From Leptolyngbyaceae cyanobacterium (lineage in GTDB: Bacteria > Cyanobacteriota > Cyanobacteriia > Phormidesmidales > Phormidesmidaceae): 64,000 bases of DNA. Positions 1 through 10,721 of the stretch are shown in pieces (the first letter of the stretch is position 1; every line of letters starts with the position of its first letter). The stretch covers positions 608,001-672,000 of the forward strand of contig CBDHHL010000056.1 of NCBI GenBank assembly GCA_965263355.1, given 5' to 3'. The notes under the pieces are model-generated. The model saw nothing but the letters and a program-made list of their open reading frames with translations, was not told where the DNA came from and searched no databases. Position numbers and translations under genes: made by a program.

Positions 1-214
1 CAACGCCTAATTTGCACTGCTCGTTCCACACACCTAACCGAATTAGCAGATTAGCATTCCTGGCCCCTGTCTCTCCACCCGTTGGGGGCATAACAATTAA
101 ATCTCCTTGTGCCGTCCGTTCTAGTTTCCAATCTGGATTTGCTCGACACAGATCATAAAATTGATCGGATGTAAACGAAGCCGTAGCAGGCATTCTCAGG
201 ACAGACTGTGCCAT
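1..214 (-). CDS. Uma2/DUF820 family endonuclease-like protein, N-terminal part (runs off window)
   Basis: Not in ORF track. Manual translation from ATG at 214: MAQSVLRMPATASFTSDQFYDLCRANPDWKLERTAQGDLIVMPPTGGETGARN, the typical cyanobacterial Uma2 N-terminus (LERTAxGxLIVMPPTG). Confidence 0.85.
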   Translation of the reverse strand, partial: MAQSVLRMPATASFTSDQFYDLCRANPDWKLERTAQGDLIVMPPTGGETGARNANLLIRLGVWNEQCKLGV

Positions 215-288
215 AGTTAAATCCGATGAATACTAATGGCATTTTAGCGTTTGCAGACTAAAGGTTCACCCATCGAAATGCACTCCCT

Positions 289-319
289 TTCTGAATTCTG
301 AATTCTGAATTCTGAATTC
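289..319. repeat. Heptamer short tandem repeat (TTCTGAA) x4, STRR-like
   Basis: ttctgaattctgaattctgaattctgaattc read directly. Confidence 0.85.
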
Positions 320-360
320 GGACCTAGCCAACGTTTCCCGGCTGAAGTTGATACCCGGCC

Positions 361-1539
361 TTACTCATCCACACCCCAGGCATCTAGCAGAGCCGTTGCC
401 CGTTCCACCTCAGACTCGTTATCTTGTTCCTCGTAGAGTTCTTTTGCTTTTTGTAGAGCATCGATCGCGGCATCCCGACGACCCTGGCCCCAAAGCGCTA
501 AGCCTAAGTTATAACGAGCACCGGCATCCTCAGGAAACTGCCGGACAATTTGGCGATAGGAAATGACCGCTCGAATATATTGCTTGCGCTCTAGCAACAA
601 TGCCCCAAGGGAAGCCTGGGCAGGGACAAAACTAGGATTAGCCTCGACGGTTTCCTCAAAATGGATAAATGCCGCATCTATATCGCCACGTCCTTCCAGC
701 ATCAGTGCCAGTTGGTAATGGCTTTCCCAATCCCGAGGATTGGCGGCAATGGCACGACGTAAGGATTCTTCTGCCTGACGGGTGCGGCCTTGATGGAGCC
801 AGATTTTGGCCAGGTTGCCATGGATACTGCCCCGGCGATTATCAATGCGCAGGGCCCGCTGCAGAGGGGGTAGCGCATCTTCGTAACGCTCTTGTTCTAT
901 GTAAAGTAGCCCAATGGCTTCGTAGACTTGGGCATTATTGGGCGATAGCCGCGCGGCTTCTTCCAGTGAATTGAGGGCCAGGTCATACTCTTCTAACCGC
1001 AATAGCATATTGCCTAACCCCAAAAAGGCGTCGAACTCCCTGGGGGCCATGCGAGTAATGGCGCGATAGGTATCAGCAGCTTCAGCGTAACGCCCTGCTT
1101 GATAGAGGCTCAAGGCCAGTCCATAGCGAAAGGATACATTGCGACTATCGCGGTCAATGGCCTGACGATAGCTTTCTACCGCCAGTTGAAAGTCTCCTTT
1201 TAGAAACTGCAGATAGCCAATTCCTGAATGCAGCCGAGCATTATTGCGGTCAATGGTAAGGGCCTGTTGATAGGCTGCGATCGCAGCCGAATAATTTTCG
1301 TTATCCACATTTCGCTGAGCCTCCGTCAGCAATTCCGCCACCCGTTCCTTTTCATAATCCGACAGCTCGCTAAGCTGCACATCAGTCTGCCCATCAATCA
1401 GAATTTCACTCTGAGCCAGCAGTATAGGAGGACGCTCAAAAGCATTGGCAGCAGCCAATGGCAACAGCCAAAGCATCCCCGCCAGGGTGGCCACCAGCCC
1501 AGATTGGCCGGGTAGTACTTTAGGTATTGCAATTGACAT
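361..1539 (-). CDS. Tetratricopeptide repeat protein with N-terminal signal-like segment
   Basis: Multiple TPR consensus repeats (A..Y..AL..D..N, YNLGLAL) and a hydrophobic N-terminus. Confidence 0.9.
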   Translation of the reverse strand: MSIAIPKVLPGQSGLVATLAGMLWLLPLAAANAFERPPILLAQSEILIDGQTDVQLSELSDYEKERVAELLTEAQRNVDNENYSAAIAAYQQALTIDRNNARLHSGIGYLQFLKGDFQLAVESYRQAIDRDSRNVSFRYGLALSLYQAGRYAEAADTYRAITRMAPREFDAFLGLGNMLLRLEEYDLALNSLEEAARLSPNNAQVYEAIGLLYIEQERYEDALPPLQRALRIDNRRGSIHGNLAKIWLHQGRTRQAEESLRRAIAANPRDWESHYQLALMLEGRGDIDAAFIHFEETVEANPSFVPAQASLGALLLERKQYIRAVISYRQIVRQFPEDAGARYNLGLALWGQGRRDAAIDALQKAKELYEEQDNESEVERATALLDAWGVDE

Positions 1540-1599
1540 CGATGTAGTCTCCTAACTCACTCCGTCGTAATATGGACGGTGCTGCTAACGTGATAAGCA

Positions 1600-1923
1600 A
1601 TGATTTTAGCAACTACCGATACACTTCAAGGACAAAATATTAAGCAATATTTGGGAATTGTCACTGCCGAGGTAGTTTATGGTAGTAACATGATCCGGGA
1701 TTTCTTTGCTGGTATCCGGGATGTTTTAGGGGGACGTACAGGATCCTACGAGCGTATTTTTGAACGGGGTCAACAGGACGCCCTCAAAGAATTAGAGAAG
1801 CGTGCCCAGCAGCTGGGGGCTGATGCTGTCATCGGCGTTCATTTAAAGACTGACACGATTAACCTGGATGAAACTGGGGTGCTGATGTTGATTACGGCCA
1901 GTGGAACGGCGATCAAGCTTTAG
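1600..1923 (+). CDS. YbjQ/UPF0145 family protein
   Basis: MILATTDTLQG...RDFFAGIRDVLGGRTGSYE...LGADAVIGV...ASGTAIKL matches the UPF0145 pattern. Confidence 0.92.
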   Translation: MILATTDTLQGQNIKQYLGIVTAEVVYGSNMIRDFFAGIRDVLGGRTGSYERIFERGQQDALKELEKRAQQLGADAVIGVHLKTDTINLDETGVLMLITASGTAIKL

Positions 1924-2224
1924 GTCGGGAATGGGGAATTTCGATAGCCTTTGCTCCGTCTGCACCGACGCAGTATTAGGCTACTTGGGCAGAATCACCA
2001 ACCGTGACTAATGCTGAGTAACTTCACCAAGCGCTTCTTGCAGAATTTCATCACTAACACCATGCCATTTCAGACTGGTAATTAATATAAAGACAGTATC
2101 TCCCTCCAAGCGCTCTAAATCAGCCCGAAGACCTTGTCCAAATAGGTACGAGCTAGAGATTGATATCCCGAAACCCCGAGTATTGTCGTCCCCTCTGACA
2201 TCAACTAAATTTTGAAGCTCAAGA

Positions 2225-2259
2225 AAGCCCCCTCGAATCTTAAAGGTTCGAGGGGGCTT
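2225..2259 (-). terminator. Intrinsic terminator downstream of the RTX gene
   Basis: 13-bp inverted repeat aagccccctcgaa / ttcgagggggctt about 60 nt after the stop, followed by a U-rich tail on the minus strand. Confidence 0.75.
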
Positions 2260-2321
2260 ATAAATTAGCCGACCAAACTGAGAGAGGGCTAACTTAGCAG
2301 CCCTATTAGGCAAGTTATTGA

Positions 2322-5300
2322 CTACACAAACGTAAACTGTTGACTATTATTCAAGTTCAGACTAGATGCATTAACTCCTTCAACGACACCAATCAAGTCA
2401 CCTGAGAAGCTAATACCTGCACTGATAACGCCATTAAGTGTCACATTAGAGATAAAGTAATCCGTAGCACTCCCTACCAGCTGAATGGTGTCAACAATAT
2501 CACCTGGAACATCAAATATGTCGAAGTCTGTAATAATGGCATAATCTAGATTGCCAAAATCATTGTAGAAGACTTCGCCAAGGCCGCCTTGCCGCTCACC
2601 CAAAACAAATATATCTTGGTCGTTGATATTCCCACTTGTGAGCGTATCAATTTCGCCACTTCCCCCTGCAACAAAGCTAGTACCATTTAGAACATCATTA
2701 CCAGATCCACCATTGATTAGGTCATTGCCTGCCCCACCGAAGATGAAGTCATTACCACCTAGACCATTCAGTAAATCATCGCCGTCTTGACCATCGAGGA
2801 CATTGCTACCACTGTTACCGATAATTGTGTCACTGACTTGGGTGCCGATCACTTGCTCAGTATTAATGATCGTAGTCGTGCCTCCAAAGCCTGTAAAGGT
2901 GTCAGCGGATAGGTCAATGGAGACTGCTTCGGAGAAGGTAACAATTGAACTCAGGTCAAGGGTGTCAAACCCACTGCCACCATTGACGTTGTCAATAAAC
3001 TCGCCATCATTGATAACAATGGTGTCATTTCCACCACCACCGTTAACAAAGTCTTCGTCCAGCCCCCCACTCAGGGTGTCATTACCGGCACCTCCATTAA
3101 TCGTATCGATGCCAATACCACCGGCAATCAGGTCGTTTCCACCCTGACCATCGAGAACATTGTCGGCATTACTGCCCACAATGGTGTCACTGACTTGAGT
3201 ACCGATCACTTGTTCAGTATTAATGATTGTGGTCGTGCCCCCAAAGCCTGTGAAGGTGTCATTGGATAGGTCAATGGAGACCGCTTCAGCAGGCGTAACA
3301 ATTAAACTCAGATCAAGGGTGTCAAACCCATTACCCCCATTGACGTTGTCAATAAACTCACCATCATTGATAACAATGGTGTCATCTCCACTGCCGCCAT
3401 TGACAAAGTCTTCGTCCAGTCCCCCATTGAGGGTGTCATTACCGGCCCCCCCATTAATGGTATCGATACCAATACCACCGACAATCAGGTCGTTTCCACC
3501 CTGACCATCCAATAAGTCATCACCATCTTGACCATCGAGGATATTGTCGGCATTATCGCCCACAATGGTGTCATTAACTTGGGTACCGATTACTTGCTCA
3601 GTATTAATGATTGTGGTTGTACCCCCAAAGCCTGTGAAGGTGTCAGTGGACAGGTCAATGGAGACCGCTTCAGAGAAGGTGACAATTGAACTCAGATCAA
3701 GGGTGTCAAACCCGCTGCCGCCATTGACATTGTCAATAAACTCGCCATCATTGATAACAATGGTGTCATCTCCACTGCCGCCATTGACAAAGTCTTCGTC
3801 CAGTCCCCCATTGAGGGTGTCATTACCGGCCCCCCCATTAATGGTATCGATACCAATACCACCGACAATCAGGTCGTTTCCACCCTGACCATCCAGTAAG
3901 TCATCACCATTTTGACCATCGAGGATATTGTCGGCATTATCGCCCACAATGGTGTCACTAACTTGGGTACCAATGACTTGCTCAATGTTAGTAATCGTGG
4001 TTGTGCCTCCAAAGCCTGTGAAGCTATTGGTGGACAGGTTAATGGAGACTGCTTCAGCAGGCGTAACAATTGAACTCAGATCAAGGGTGTCAAACCCACT
4101 GCCGCCATTGACGTTGTCGATAAACTCGCCATCATTAATAACAATGGTGTCATCTCCACCACCACCGTTGACAAAGTCTTCATCTAGACCTCCATTCAGG
4201 GTGTCATTACCGGCCCCTCCATTAATCGTGTCGATGCCAATACCACCCGCGATCAGGTCGTTTCCACCCTGACCGTCGAGGACATTGTCGGCATCATCGC
4301 CCACAATGGTGTCACTAACTTGGGTACCAATGACTTGCTCAATATTCGTAATCGTGGTCGTGCCCCCAAAGCCTGTAAAGCTATTGGTGAATAGGTCAAT
4401 GGAGACCGCTTCAGCAGGCGTAACAATTAATCGTGGTACCAATGACTTGCTCAATATTCGTAATTGTCTGTGAAGCTATTGGTGGTCAAGGGTGTCAAAC
4501 CCACTGCCGCCATTGACGTTGTCAATAAACTCGCCATCATTGATAACAATGGTGTCATCTCCACCGCCACCGTTGACAAAGTCTTCGTCCAGTCCTCCAT
4601 TCAGGGTGTCATTACCGGCCCCCCCGTTAATCGTGTCGATGCCAATACCACCCGCGATTAGGTCGTTTCCACCCTGACCGTCGAGGACATTGTCGGCATC
4701 ATCGCCCACAATGGTGTCACTAACTTGGGTACCAATGACTTGCTCAATATTCGTAATCGTGGTCGTGCCCCCAAAGCCTGTGAAGCTATTGGTGGACAGG
4801 TTAATGGAGACTGCTTCAGAGAAGGTGACAATTGAACTTAGATCAAGGGTGTCAAATCCACTGCCGCCATTGACGTTGTCAATAAACTCGCCATCATTGA
4901 TAACAATGGTGTCATCTCCACTGCCGCCATTGACAAAGTCTTCATCTAGACCTCCACTCAGGGTGTCATTACCAGCACCTCCATTAATCGTGTCGATGCC
5001 AATACCACCCGCGATTAGGTCGTTTCCACCCTGACCGTCGAGGACATTGTCGGCATCATCGCCCACAATGGTGTCACTAACTTGGGTACCAATGACTTGC
5101 TCAATATTCGTAATCGTGGTCGTGCCCCCAAAGCCTGTGAAGCTATTGGTGGACAGGTTAATGGAGACTGCTTCAGAGAAGGTGACAATTGAACTTAGAT
5201 CAAGGGTGTCAAATCCACTGCCGCCATTGACGTTGTCAATAAACTCGCCATCATTGATAACAATGGTGTCATCTCCACTGCCGCCATTGACAAAGTCTTC

Positions 5301-6884
5301 ATCTAGACCTCCACTCAGGGTGTCATTACCAGCACCTCCATTAATCGTGTCGATGCCAATACCACCCGCGATCAGGTCATTTCCACCCTGACCGTCGAGG
5401 ACATTGTCGGCATCATCGCCCACAATGGTGTCACTGACTTGGGTACCAATGACTTGCTCAATATTCGTAATCGTGGTCGTGCCCCCAAAGCCTGTAAAGC
5501 TATTGGTGAATAGGTCAATGGAGACCGCTTCAGCAGGCGTAACAATTAAACTCAGATCAAGGGTGTCAAACCCACTGCCGCCATTGACGTTGTCAATAAA
5601 CTCGCCATCATTGATAACAATGGTGTCATCTCCACTGCCACCGTTGACAAAGTCTTCGTCCAGTCCTCCATTCAGGGTGTCATTACCGGCACCCCCGTTA
5701 ATCGTGTCGATGCCAATACCACCCGCGATTAGGTCATTTCCACCCTGACCGTCGAGGACATTGTCGGCATCATCGCCCACAATGGTGTCACTGACTTGGG
5801 TACCAATGACTTGCTCAATATTCGTAATCGTGGTCGTGCCCCCAAAGCCTGTGAAGCTATTGGTGAATAGGTCAATGGAGACCGCTTCAGCAGGCGTAAC
5901 AATTAAACTCAGATCAAGGGTGTCAAACCCACTGCCGCCATTGACGTTGTCAATAAACTCGCCATCATTAATAACAATGGTGTCATCTCCACTGCCGCCA
6001 TTGACAAAGTCTTCGTCCAGTCCTCCATTCAGGGTGTCATTACCGGCCCCTCCATTAATCGTGTCGATGCCAATACCACCCGCGATTAGGTCATTTCCAC
6101 CCTGACCGTCGAGGACATTGTCGGCATCATCGCCCACAATGGTGTCACTAACTTGGGTACCAATGACTTGCTCAATGTTAGTAATCGTGGTTGTGCCCCC
6201 AAAGCCTGTGAAGCTATTGGTGGATAGGTCAATGGAGACTGCTTCAGAGAAGGTGACAATTGAACTTAGATCAAGGGTGTCAAATCCACTGCCGCCATTG
6301 ACGTTGTCAATAAATTCGCCATCATTGATAACAATGGTGTCATCTCCACCGCCACCGTTGACAAAGTCTTCATCCAGTCCCCCATTCAGGGTGTCATTAC
6401 CGGCACCTCCATTAATCGTGTCGATGCCAATACCACCCGCGATTAGGTCGTTTCCATCTTGACCATCAAGGACATTGTCAGCATTATCGCCAATGAGCGT
6501 ATCATTGCCTTGAGTCCCAACGACTTGTTCAATCCCAGCTATGACTGTCGTACCCCCTAAGCCTGTAAAGGTACCAATAGATAGGTCGACAAAAACGGCT
6601 TCAGAGGAATTCACAATTGGGCTCAGGATGAGACTGTCAAATCCAGTACCGCCATCAACGTTGTCAATAAATTCACCATTGTTTATCAAGATGATGTCAT
6701 CCCCGGCACCACCGATAACAGTATCAACGTCAAAGCCACCAGCAATTGTGTCGTTTCCGGAATTACCGTTAATTAGGTCAAAACCAATGCCACCTAAAAT
6801 GAAATCGTTACCGCCTTGGCCATTGATTTCATTATCATTACTATCGCCAATAAGGAGATCATTCAATTCAGTCCCTGTTGTCAT
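2322..6884 (-). CDS. Large RTX/hemolysin-type Ca2+-binding repeat protein, interrupted by one in-frame stop at 4476-4478
   Basis: GGxGxDxLxG nonapeptides in ~119-aa units. ORFs 4476..6884 and 2322..4454 are in the same frame. C-terminus (...LNLNNSQQFTFV) resembles type I secreted cyanobacterial RTX proteins. Confidence 0.85.
2790..6700. repeat. Intragenic tandem repeat, about 11-12 units of 357 bp (some 384 bp)
   Basis: Near-identical blocks; antisense ORFs recur at 4690, 5047, 5404, 5761 and 6118 (357-bp spacing). Confidence 0.9.
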
Positions 6885-7366
6885 GATTGCAATCCTTTTA
6901 CTTTTGTGTGTCGAGCAATAGATTTCTAAGTATCGTGACCTGCAATAGTGCGTGTCTCTGACACACTGATACTAAGGAGAATGCCGATATTACACAGTGG
7001 AAATAACTGAATAACTTAATAACCAAATCCTGATAGCTGGATTGCCGAAAACTACAAGTCAGAAGCTGCAATTTGTGCTAAAGCAAAAAACTATACGTCG
7101 GGGCAGTTCTTTACTTTAAGGTGCGATCGCACCTACTACCATCAATAGCAACGTTACGTAGCCCAACTACTGAGGGAGTTCAGGCCTAGAACGCCTCTTC
7201 ACTGAGAAGTCGTTTAAGAAAATTCATGTTCTAATATAACCTTGACCCTGACCTTGCCGTAACTCGTACTACACCTGAATAATAGCGATGAAGGAGATGG
7301 AGGCAGCCGCTTTTAGGAGGGGATGTATGGCTAGACCTAACTATGGACCTCAAACTCAAAAACGGA

Positions 7367-8184
7367 CTAGTGCATTGTCAAAGCTTAATTTTAGGGTAAA
7401 CGGAAGCTAGTTTACAACGAGCATCATCGACCTGCATCTGCCAGTCAACTCCCCGTTACCTGTTGTTGATATCGTTCGACCAAGCTGTCGTTTCAACCCG
7501 TAGCGTCTCGATGTCTTCAAAGCGTCTACCATCAATACACTGTCGAGTCATTGCACTCAACTCATTTTCTGCGATGTTGAGCCAACTGCCATGCTTCGGG
7601 GTATAACAAAATTCGATTCGCTGGACCAGTTGTCGCGCTCGTTCAGGCTCGAATGCTTCGTAAAAAGCCCCTTTAGTGTGAGTATTGAGATTGTCACATA
7701 CCAATTGTACTTTCTCGCAATCGGCATAGCGGTTCTCCAGTATGTGAGCCACTTCAAGCGCCCAATCCACTTTGGTGCGACTCGGACGTACACTCACTTG
7801 CCGCCAACCGGCTAACGGCTCAGTAAACATGAAAATACTCGCTGTCCCGGCTCGTTCATACTCATAGTCAATCCGTTTGCCGTGGTTAGCCGTGGCCGGA
7901 AGCGGGGGACGACTCTCTCGTTGAAATTGAACGGGTTGTTCATCCATGCAAATCGTCGGACGGGTTGGGTCGTAAGGCTGAGCATAAACATCTTCAGTAG
8001 AATCTGCGCTCGACGCACTTTCTGACTGCTACCCTTCAGCTTTTTGATCACCTCTTGTAACTGATGGCGCTCATCGGGAGTTAGACGGACAATGTACTTT
8101 TTCTGCATGGGATTCCGGTACCCTGCCTAGAGCTTACCGGAACACTCTCAATAACCCTAATTTTTAGTCTTGACGCTGCACTAG
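7367..8184 (-). mobile_element. IS630-family insertion sequence, internally deleted and inactive
   Basis: Imperfect terminal inverted repeats ctagtgcattgtcaaagcttaattttaggg (7367) and revcomp ctagtgcagcgtcaagactaaaaattaggg (8184), both at CTAG (TA target). Transposase motifs CMDE, CDNLNTH and TPKHGSWLNIAENE. Confidence 0.92.
7378..8108 (-). pseudogene. IS630 transposase pseudogene
   Basis: N-terminus MQKKYIVRL...RRAQILLK is joined out of frame near 7995 directly to ...DVYAQPYDPTRPTICMDE (most of the DNA-binding region missing). Premature TAA at 7456, after which the frame continues RGVDWQMQVDDARCKLASVYPKIKL*. Confidence 0.88.
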
Positions 8185-8208
8185 GCTTAAACGAGCGTTG
8201 AGCTTGGA

Positions 8209-9363
8209 TTAATTTGGTCGCCAGATATAGGTGGCAGCCTCTTTAGAACTTGAATTTTGTAGTTGTGTCAGTAAAGCTACTTGATTAGGCTCATGTTCAG
8301 CATTGAGAAATAATTGCTTAATAATATCTCCATGTTTTGTAAATAAAATCTGTTCAGTAGGTGTCAACTGTTGATAAATCCTTTCTATAATTGTCTGAAC
8401 ACCAAAACTAGCCAATGACCATTGAATATTGGTTAGAGAAAAGACTTGTATGCAGAGAGGCAATAACTGTTTCTCAATAACTGATACACTGTCTTCCAAG
8501 ATGCACAGCCAGATATATGCCTGAAACATGTTCAAATCCCGTAAGCTAGAGCTTTGTACTGCTGCAGATTGCAGTCTGCCTTGACAGCTAATGTGGTGAG
8601 GGAACACACTAATTGCCTGTTGATAGGTAAATGCCGATATAGAATTTACCCTTGGCATCATTTTTTTTACGAGAGCGATTGATTTGGTGATATCAGTTTT
8701 AGATACGGCAACTGAGCAGATTCGTTGCCATGGCATGCATATAAGTTCGTCCAAGACTTGTAGATAGGGAACGAGCCAAGTGCACTCATAGGGAGTGAGA
8801 TGGCTCAAAATGCGTTTGCGCGTGAGATGCATTTGGGTTGTCATAAACCCAATCATATGTCGGTTGATAGATGAAAAATAAATGGCTTTAAGTTCTCTAA
8901 TCAGAGGGCCTACCGTCAGTATTAGATTTTCAAAGCGAGGTATGACTAAGGCCGCTGCTTCTAGTTTGCCCGTGTCTGATTCGAGGACATGTATGTATTC
9001 AACAACTGGTGAAAAGATAAAAGACTTTGCATAACCGTCAATCAACGCCCTATAAATTTGCTCGATTTTAATACTGAGCTTCTGTAACTCCCAGGCATCT
9101 TGGGAAAGAGCTTCTGTTCTTGATAAAAGTTGGCTTGTATCAACGGTAGCTAAGGCACAGTCTAATTTTAGGCGATTACTAATTGTTTGAGAAGTAGCTA
9201 GGCGAGCATCATCGGCAATTGACGATCGCAACCGCTGTTCCACATGTCTTCTAACATGACTAGAAATACTCCCTAAGTCTGGCAGGTAGCGAGCAATCCA
9301 TATCTTCAGTAATTCGTTATCAACGTCAGTTCCTGCAGACTGAACTTTCTTAAGTTTATGCAT
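8209..9363 (-). CDS. Hypothetical all-helical protein, cyanobacterial type
   Basis: 384-aa open frame; no family recognised with confidence. Confidence 0.75.
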   Translation of the reverse strand: MHKLKKVQSAGTDVDNELLKIWIARYLPDLGSISSHVRRHVEQRLRSSIADDARLATSQTISNRLKLDCALATVDTSQLLSRTEALSQDAWELQKLSIKIEQIYRALIDGYAKSFIFSPVVEYIHVLESDTGKLEAAALVIPRFENLILTVGPLIRELKAIYFSSINRHMIGFMTTQMHLTRKRILSHLTPYECTWLVPYLQVLDELICMPWQRICSVAVSKTDITKSIALVKKMMPRVNSISAFTYQQAISVFPHHISCQGRLQSAAVQSSSLRDLNMFQAYIWLCILEDSVSVIEKQLLPLCIQVFSLTNIQWSLASFGVQTIIERIYQQLTPTEQILFTKHGDIIKQLFLNAEHEPNQVALLTQLQNSSSKEAATYIWRPN

Positions 9364-10223
9364 TCTGAAGAAAATTGGTATGTTAATAAATAATCTACGC
9401 TGTGATATGACTCCATTTAGTATGGTGCGCGGGAGTATCTCAGCATAACTCGCACAATGTATATAGTTACTATCGATCCTTTAATATTGTCCATATCTAA
9501 TAAATATTCTCGAGAAAATGCTTAGAGTGAATATAATTTAAGCTAAATTGGTTGAATTGAAAATTAATGATTATTGCGAACAAAAATAATTTTCAAAGAG
9601 TTAGTTTATAAACAGTATTAGCCGATACTGCTAAATGTGAATAAGGAAATGGGATATCAATTTAAGCTGGGAAATCTTGGTTAGGACTGAAGCCGGAAGT
9701 CGAAAAGGAAAGGCATTCCTAATTCCTAATTCCGAACTCTAGATTCCTGAGGAAATCGTCCCGCTTTATGTTGGTACCCAGGGAATGCACTAACTGATGT
9801 AATCTCTGTGAGGGTGAATTTATCACCATCTCCTACATGATCAAATAGTTCGAGTTGTGAATTAAATGCATTACTTTATATACAATCACCTTGCCATATG
9901 GTTTAGATAGGCAATGCATAGGTAAGAATATCTTTTTAAATTCTTGATATACATACTTTATAATTTAAATTTTAAGTTAACTATAAGGATAAAAAACATA
10001 GTCGTGTACAACTAGTGGTGATTACATACTTTGTTGTATATGTTTTGAATGTATCTGTCGCTACTTTTTGCCTTTAAAACTGTGTTTTTAGTCAATAGCA
10101 TGTCTGCGATATATAGACGTCTTATACTAGTTTATGAATTGCATCTTTTGTCTAAAGTTGCTCGACGATACTAATCTGTCCTAATGTAGTTGAATTTATC
10201 ACTCTAAACTTAGTAGGAAGCCA

Positions 10224-10270
10224 TGGGTTGTTTCATAAGAAACATAGGGCACAACTTATAAAACAACCCA
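10224..10270 (-). terminator. Hairpin downstream of the DUF4278 gene, possible terminator
   Basis: tgggttgttt-c-ataag ... cttat-a-aaacaaccca inverted repeat. Confidence 0.5.
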
Positions 10271-10321
10271 AATCCCCTTAAGGATATTCCAGGCTTCATT
10301 TGAAACTAGAGGATAAATGCA

Positions 10322-10558
10322 TTAAACAACTTGGGCAAGATTAACAAAGTACAGCGGATGCTGGTAGGTATTACCTTGATAGGTTAGGGCTACCACTTGA
10401 TCAATTGATGAAACTGTTTTAGGTCGCTCAATTGGAGGCGTGTAATCGTATTGCTGACCGCGATAGATGAGTTTGGTTTTGGGTTGATCGTTAACAACAA
10501 AATCAAATTGGATAGGGGCTGGCATTTCATAAGTGCTGCCGCGATAAGTAAGTTGCAT
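10322..10558 (-). CDS. DUF4278 domain small protein with three L(T/I)Y(R/Q)GxxY motifs
   Basis: MQLTYRGSTY, KLIYRGQQY and ALTYQGNTY; AGGAG RBS upstream. Confidence 0.85.
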   Translation of the reverse strand: MQLTYRGSTYEMPAPIQFDFVVNDQPKTKLIYRGQQYDYTPPIERPKTVSSIDQVVALTYQGNTYQHPLYFVNLAQVV

Positions 10559-10626
10559 GGATAGTCTCCTAGTAAGTTGAAATCGTTTGAGAATGTTAGA
10601 CTGGACTCGCTATATTCAGTTAATAG

Positions 10627-10710
10627 TTAAAATTTGCGCTGATAGCTATTGCCTCGGTAGGTTAGGGTTACTACTTGGCTAGCTAATGCATCAGGCAGCT
10701 CAATAACCAA
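10627..10710 (-). CDS. Unannotated small DUF4278-like ORF, or frameshifted tail of the sigma factor
   Basis: TTG start gives LVIELPDALASQVVTLTYRGNSYQRKF*, similar to the C-terminus of the neighbour (DQVVALTYQGNTYQH). The frame is open up to 10755. Confidence 0.55.
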   Translation of the reverse strand: MVIELPDALASQVVTLTYRGNSYQRKF

Positions 10711-10721
10711 GTTGTGAATTT

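Noticed and set aside
2008..2313. 101-aa ORF after the RTX gene
   Set aside because: TTG start, runs through the terminator hairpin, and no recognisable family; the 3' part may be a gene fragment but I cannot support a call.
2803..6921. Repeated 114-aa plus-strand ORFs
   Set aside because: Antisense shadows of the RTX repeat units.
7990..8000. Programmed frameshift in the IS630 transposase
   Set aside because: The frame change coincides with a large missing segment and no slippery A-run, so a deletion explains it better.
9680..9795. Possible MITE around attcctaattcctaattcc
   Set aside because: Only a short heptamer repeat is clear; no convincing terminal inverted repeats or target duplication.
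10559..10626. Glutamine (glnA) riboswitch before the DUF4278 gene
   Set aside because: Expected from other cyanobacteria, but I could not see the conserved stems here; needs an Infernal search.
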